Positions 6,779 through 10,343 of a DNA stretch of 10,343 nt are shown here, piece after piece. Origin of the DNA: Candidatus Heimdallarchaeota archaeon (lineage in GTDB: Archaea > Asgardarchaeota > Heimdallarchaeia > Heimdallarchaeales > Heimdallarchaeaceae); assembly GCA_030668825.1 (NCBI GenBank), contig DAOVET010000092.1, forward strand, positions 1-10,343. The letters are read 5' to 3'. How positions within the stretch are numbered: position 1 is the first letter of the stretch; every line of letters begins with the position of its first letter. The translations under genes and the position numbers were made by a program. The notes under the pieces were generated by a model. The model saw only the letters and a list, made by a program, of their open reading frames with translations, was not told the DNA's origin and did not search any database.

Positions 6779-8620
6779 TTATTTACGTTTCTTAACGTAA
6801 ACTGTTAATGCTGTAATGCTTAGAAAACCTATGACTGCAAAGATTAATCCTGGGGCGTCGAGAGTTATTGTATTTGTATCAGTTGGTTCTGTTGGATTGA
6901 TACCTTCTTCAGTGACATAAACATAAACTGTATCATAGTTGATATTTCCAAAGGAATCTTTAACTTCAATCTCAAAAACCCATGTTCCTAATGTTAAAGT
7001 ACTCAGAGAAACATTAACATTGAAGTTGTCAATAGCCCATGGTAAATCGGTGATTATAGACCCATTCTGTGTAACCAAGTAGCTAGATGGATTATCATCA
7101 GAAATTGTCCAAATAATTTCTTTGTTTTCTCCTGGTTTCATGTAAATATCTGCAGGACTAGTAACAGTAGGTGGTGTTGTTTCTGCTGTATATGAAGCAT
7201 GTATAGTTAAGTCTAGATAAGACTCATGACCCATTGTATCACTTGCATAAATGTGTACAATATAGTCTCCTGGAGAAATAATTGTATCATTTAAATTGAT
7301 ACCTAGTATTTTTCCATCCATCCAACTACCATCATCTAAAATCATACCATCAAATTTGAATTCGAAGAAATCTGAATCATAATTATCATCAGTCAAAGTC
7401 CAGTAGAGAGTCTTAGTTGTACCTATCTCGTACCAATAGTCACCAAATGGTCCGTTTATCTGTGGCCAATCAAGTCTTGTATCAAACATCCATAACGACC
7501 ATTCAGTCTTATGATCCACATCAAATGTATCTGTTGCAACAATCGTCAGTTCGTGAACAAAGTAACCTGGAGGAATGTCATCGAAGTAAACTTTGTAACT
7601 ATGGTAACCAGCAGTTAATCCAAACAGAGTTTCAATATAAACACCATCTCGATAAATATCTAGATCCACTTGAGTAGAATCGTATAACCAGAAGAATACT
7701 TCAACAAAATCACTGTAGCCTGTGATATCATATATATACATCCAATCCCATTCTAAACCGGGCAAATCAGCATCTGCAACAGGAGTAAATCCTGCAGTTG
7801 TTTGGACTAGATAATAGTGCATATCTATGTGACTATAATAATAATAATCTCTTGTAATATTTGTTACTAATGTAGTACTGTATTGTTCAATAAAGTTTGA
7901 CCATTGTTGATAGTCATCTACATATTCATATTCTAAAAGAAAACCAGTTACATTATCTATGTAATAAGTATAATCGTACGAATAATCAACATAATTATCA
8001 TAGTATACTTCGTAGTATGAAGAATTGCTAACATAGGAATCTGCATATCCATAAGTATAAACATCAACAGTATAACTATTTGATATACCGTTAATTATGT
8101 ATGTCTTACTAGTAGTATGAGAATAAGTTAGTGAAGTAAACATATATTGTATATCGAGGTTAAGAACTGGATTAAAGTGTGAGATTATTTCAGAAAATGT
8201 GTTACTTCCTGAATAAAGATCAGAACTAAATCCATTATAATCAAAAAACCAACTTTCTGAAATATAATCGTAGTAATAGTGGTCCCAATAGTCATCTCTA
8301 TATGTATCTTGATATTTTGAAGTGTGTCTAACATCGTAATCTGAAGGATTCATAGCATTTATGGTATAACTATGTGTTTCAACTGATGTCATTTCATGAT
8401 AGTTTGTATCCCAATAGGAATTGTAACTAGGTGACAAATCAGTATGATATAGCACTAGTGATTCATAATCATAATACGAGTTGTAATCCACAGAGTAAAG
8501 CAGTTGGTCACCAACTTTTAAAGGTTTATAAGCATTTACTGGGTTTACGTTAATTAAACCCCCTACAAAAATAGTTATAATTAAATTTACGCATATAATA
8601 TATCCGATACCTCTTTTCAA
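6779..8620 (-). CDS. Cell-surface glycoprotein, paralog of 4795..6669 (LDAPG-TM-basic anchor)
   Basis: Colinear shared motifs: Y.PL..GDQLLY, HTDLSP, YTVDVY, DN.TGFLLEY, DADLP, DWP.I.GP.GD, TTPP, T.TLDAPG. TTG at 8620 gives MKRG.. like the paralog; the ORF-track start at 8695 runs through the promoter. Confidence 0.85.
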   Translation of the reverse strand: MKRGIGYIICVNLIITIFVGGLINVNPVNAYKPLKVGDQLLYSVDYNSYYDYESLVLYHTDLSPSYNSYWDTNYHEMTSVETHSYTINAMNPSDYDVRHTSKYQDTYRDDYWDHYYYDYISESWFFDYNGFSSDLYSGSNTFSEIISHFNPVLNLDIQYMFTSLTYSHTTSKTYIINGISNSYTVDVYTYGYADSYVSNSSYYEVYYDNYVDYSYDYTYYIDNVTGFLLEYEYVDDYQQWSNFIEQYSTTLVTNITRDYYYYSHIDMHYYLVQTTAGFTPVADADLPGLEWDWMYIYDITGYSDFVEVFFWLYDSTQVDLDIYRDGVYIETLFGLTAGYHSYKVYFDDIPPGYFVHELTIVATDTFDVDHKTEWSLWMFDTRLDWPQINGPFGDYWYEIGTTKTLYWTLTDDNYDSDFFEFKFDGMILDDGSWMDGKILGINLNDTIISPGDYIVHIYASDTMGHESYLDLTIHASYTAETTPPTVTSPADIYMKPGENKEIIWTISDDNPSSYLVTQNGSIITDLPWAIDNFNVNVSLSTLTLGTWVFEIEVKDSFGNINYDTVYVYVTEEGINPTEPTDTNTITLDAPGLIFAVIGFLSITALTVYVKKRK

Positions 8621-8656
8621 GGTTGAACACCCTAACAGATTCTTAGTCAGTTTATA

Positions 8657-8665
8657 TATATAAAA
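8657..8665 (-). promoter_or_regulatory. Putative TATA box (TTTTATATA) for 6779..8620
   Basis: TTTA starts at -44 from TTG 8620; overlaps the palindrome TTTATATATATAAA at 8651-8664. Confidence 0.5.
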
Positions 8666-8716
8666 CAATAGATGAAGGAAAGTATGTAAAAACAATATGT
8701 TGCTTTACATGAAATG

Positions 8717-8739
8717 AAAAAAATAAAAAGAGGAAGAAG
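8717..8739 (-). terminator. Oligo-T terminator candidate
   Basis: Pyrimidine/T-rich tract on the minus strand right after the stop at 8741. Confidence 0.55.
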
Positions 8740-8740
8740 A

Positions 8741-9691
8741 CTATTTCTTCTTTCGTTTAATTACAGCTATCAACCCAATGGTTGCTATTCCTAAGACAAT
8801 TCCTAAGGTTGAAAATGGTATTCCAGCAGTTAGTTTCACAACACCTGGAACAAATTCCCATGTCTTAACATTGTCTGTCTCAACAACTCTCAATATGAGT
8901 CCTGTACTTGCTTCATAGTAGATGTGTAACTCAGGAGCATCCCACCAACCAAAAAGAGAACTATCCTGATATTGCACATGAATAGCATCATAAGACTTGC
9001 CTTCAGAGGTTACAACTGCAGGTTTGTCGATGACAACTCCCAGAGAATCGAAGAAATTAATTTGGTCACCGACATTTGCTGTAGGAGTTATTCCGAATAA
9101 TGTCCATTCATACAATATTGAAAATCCATAACTGAAAAGTGCAAATACTATCATAAAATCATTGATTTCTGGATATACTGCATCATTTGGTAAGACATTT
9201 CCATAAGTATAGGTTGTACCATTTTTGTAAGTTATTTTTGTATTATTTAGGTTAGTTAAACCTGCATAAGTTGTCTGATCTAAAATAGATATTTCTATTG
9301 ATTCTGTCGCATTTTGCATATACCAACGTCCTATCATGAATGTGGTTCTATTATCATAGAATACTAAATGAGTAAATTCGAATTTCTCCTCATTTTCCAT
9401 CATTCCAAAATGGGGAAGCATTTCTGAAGTTAGATCAATTGAAAGTAGAATTTGAACAACTTTATCTGGTATATCTGACGGTGTAAAAATATCCTCTACC
9501 TTTATTGTAGGGTAGCCAACTAAAGCATCAGTCACAGTTGTATTTGTAAAGAACAATTTACCTTCAACATAAGCACCATTATTCAGTGCTAGTTGATCAG
9601 ATGCAATTAGACCTTTAGAGAGGTCTGCAGCAAGAATTGAAGTTATTAGGAATCCTAATAAAAATATTGACATAAATGTTTTTCTTTTCAT
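8741..9691 (-). CDS. Secreted/cell-surface protein with C-terminal GIPFST-TM-basic anchor
   Basis: Signal peptide MKRKTFMSIFLLGFLITSILAA; sequons NTT, NRT, NAT, NNT, NGT; ends AGIPFSTLGIVLGIATIGLIAVIKRKKK. Confidence 0.85.
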   Translation of the reverse strand: MKRKTFMSIFLLGFLITSILAADLSKGLIASDQLALNNGAYVEGKLFFTNTTVTDALVGYPTIKVEDIFTPSDIPDKVVQILLSIDLTSEMLPHFGMMENEEKFEFTHLVFYDNRTTFMIGRWYMQNATESIEISILDQTTYAGLTNLNNTKITYKNGTTYTYGNVLPNDAVYPEINDFMIVFALFSYGFSILYEWTLFGITPTANVGDQINFFDSLGVVIDKPAVVTSEGKSYDAIHVQYQDSSLFGWWDAPELHIYYEASTGLILRVVETDNVKTWEFVPGVVKLTAGIPFSTLGIVLGIATIGLIAVIKRKKK

Positions 9692-9713
9692 TGCAATTAA
9701 TAATATTGATTTG

Positions 9714-9721
9714 CTTATAAA
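9714..9721 (-). promoter_or_regulatory. Putative TATA box (TTTATAAG)
   Basis: Lies -30..-23 from ATG 9691. Confidence 0.6.
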
Positions 9722-9732
9722 GAATGTTTTGC

Positions 9733-9752
9733 AAAAAAAGAGTGAAGGAGAG
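9733..9752 (-). terminator. Oligo-T terminator candidate
   Basis: Pyrimidine tract ending in a T7 run on the minus strand after the stop at 9754. Confidence 0.5.
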
Positions 9753-9753
9753 A

Positions 9754-10343
9754 TTATTTGGTCCTTCTTTTTCTAACAATTAAAGCTAGAGTACTTAAAA
9801 CAGTTAAAGCTGCAATTATTGCTGTTGTTGAGAAGGGAATTCCTACTACGTTCTTAACTTCACCTGGGATGAATTCTACTTTATCTGAACCATAGGTTTC
9901 TATTGTTTTCAGAATTAATCCTGTCTTTGCATCATAAAATACTTCTAATGCAGTTGTAATATCAAAAGCTAATCCATAAGTTGCTACAAGATACTCCACA
10001 TGGATTGTATCAAACGATGCACCAGTTGAAGTTATTACAGCTGGCTTATCAAGTACTATACCTAGATCTGGATCATAGCTGACAGTATCACCAACATTTG
10101 CAAGAGGTGAGATAGCTAAAAATGTCCAATCCCAATAAGTTGCAAAAATTCCATTGAAAATAGCCCATCCAAAAACATATTCACCCAATGCTGAGAGCAA
10201 AGGACTAGATACGACATCACCATAGATATATTCAGTACCATTGTTAAATGTGATTTTGAGATTATCTATATCCATCATACCTACAACTGTTGTGTTATGA
10301 AGAGTAGTCATTGTTACACCAAAAGTATCATTTCCCATGTATA
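9754..10343 (-). CDS. Cell-surface protein, paralog of 8741..9691; 5' end truncated by the window edge
   Basis: Shared KIT..NGT.Y.YG.V, WT...I.P.ANVGD, LG.V.DKPAV.TS.G.S.D.IHV.Y, TGLIL, EF.PG.VK, GIPFST. The frame is open to the edge, and Y-M-G-N aligns with internal YMQN of the paralog, so ATG 10338 is internal. Confidence 0.85.
   Translation of the reverse strand, partial: YMGNDTFGVTMTTLHNTTVVGMMDIDNLKITFNNGTEYIYGDVVSSPLLSALGEYVFGWAIFNGIFATYWDWTFLAISPLANVGDTVSYDPDLGIVLDKPAVITSTGASFDTIHVEYLVATYGLAFDITTALEVFYDAKTGLILKTIETYGSDKVEFIPGEVKNVVGIPFSTTAIIAALTVLSTLALIVRKRRTK

Noticed and set aside
7417-7677. 86-aa plus-strand ORF
   Set aside because: Antisense within a conserved surface-protein gene; non-ATG start and no motifs.
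4795-8620. Diversity-generating retroelement targets (Tyr/Asp/Asn/Ser-rich content)
   Set aside because: No reverse transcriptase and no near-identical TR/VR pair differing only at adenines; the paralogs diverge at all base types.
8621-8695. ORF-track N-terminal extensions (also 1419-1463 and 2712-2798)
   Set aside because: They run through TATA or terminator elements, and downstream starts give proper N-termini and, for 8620, agreement with the paralog.

Overview
AT-rich archaeal DNA. The gene content and surface-protein style suggest an Asgard/Heimdallarchaeia-like host, but that is inference only. From left to right the window holds: a standalone tnpB (IS200/IS605 superfamily, no tnpA) on the minus strand, with a rearranged RuvC site (D187, G289 in place of the canonical Glu, alternative E336, D377) and a hairpin-rich 3' region where the omegaRNA is expected; four plus-strand genes (membrane-anchored hypothetical protein, LURP-one/scramblase-like protein, alpha/beta hydrolase with G-x-C-x-G, mtnA); and a convergent minus-strand array of at least four cell-surface proteins forming two paralog pairs. 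All four surface proteins end in a Pro motif + TM helix + basic tail, with the Pro 20-21 residues before the first basic residue (LDAPG or GIPFST variants), and all share a Y-x(0-1)-[DE]-x-x-TG-[FL]-[LI]-L motif. Six genes have a TATA box about 23-33 nt upstream of the corrected start, consistent with leaderless mRNAs. The two large paralogs instead share a TTG start, an SD-like leader and a TATA box at -44. Several ORF-track starts are revised on this basis.
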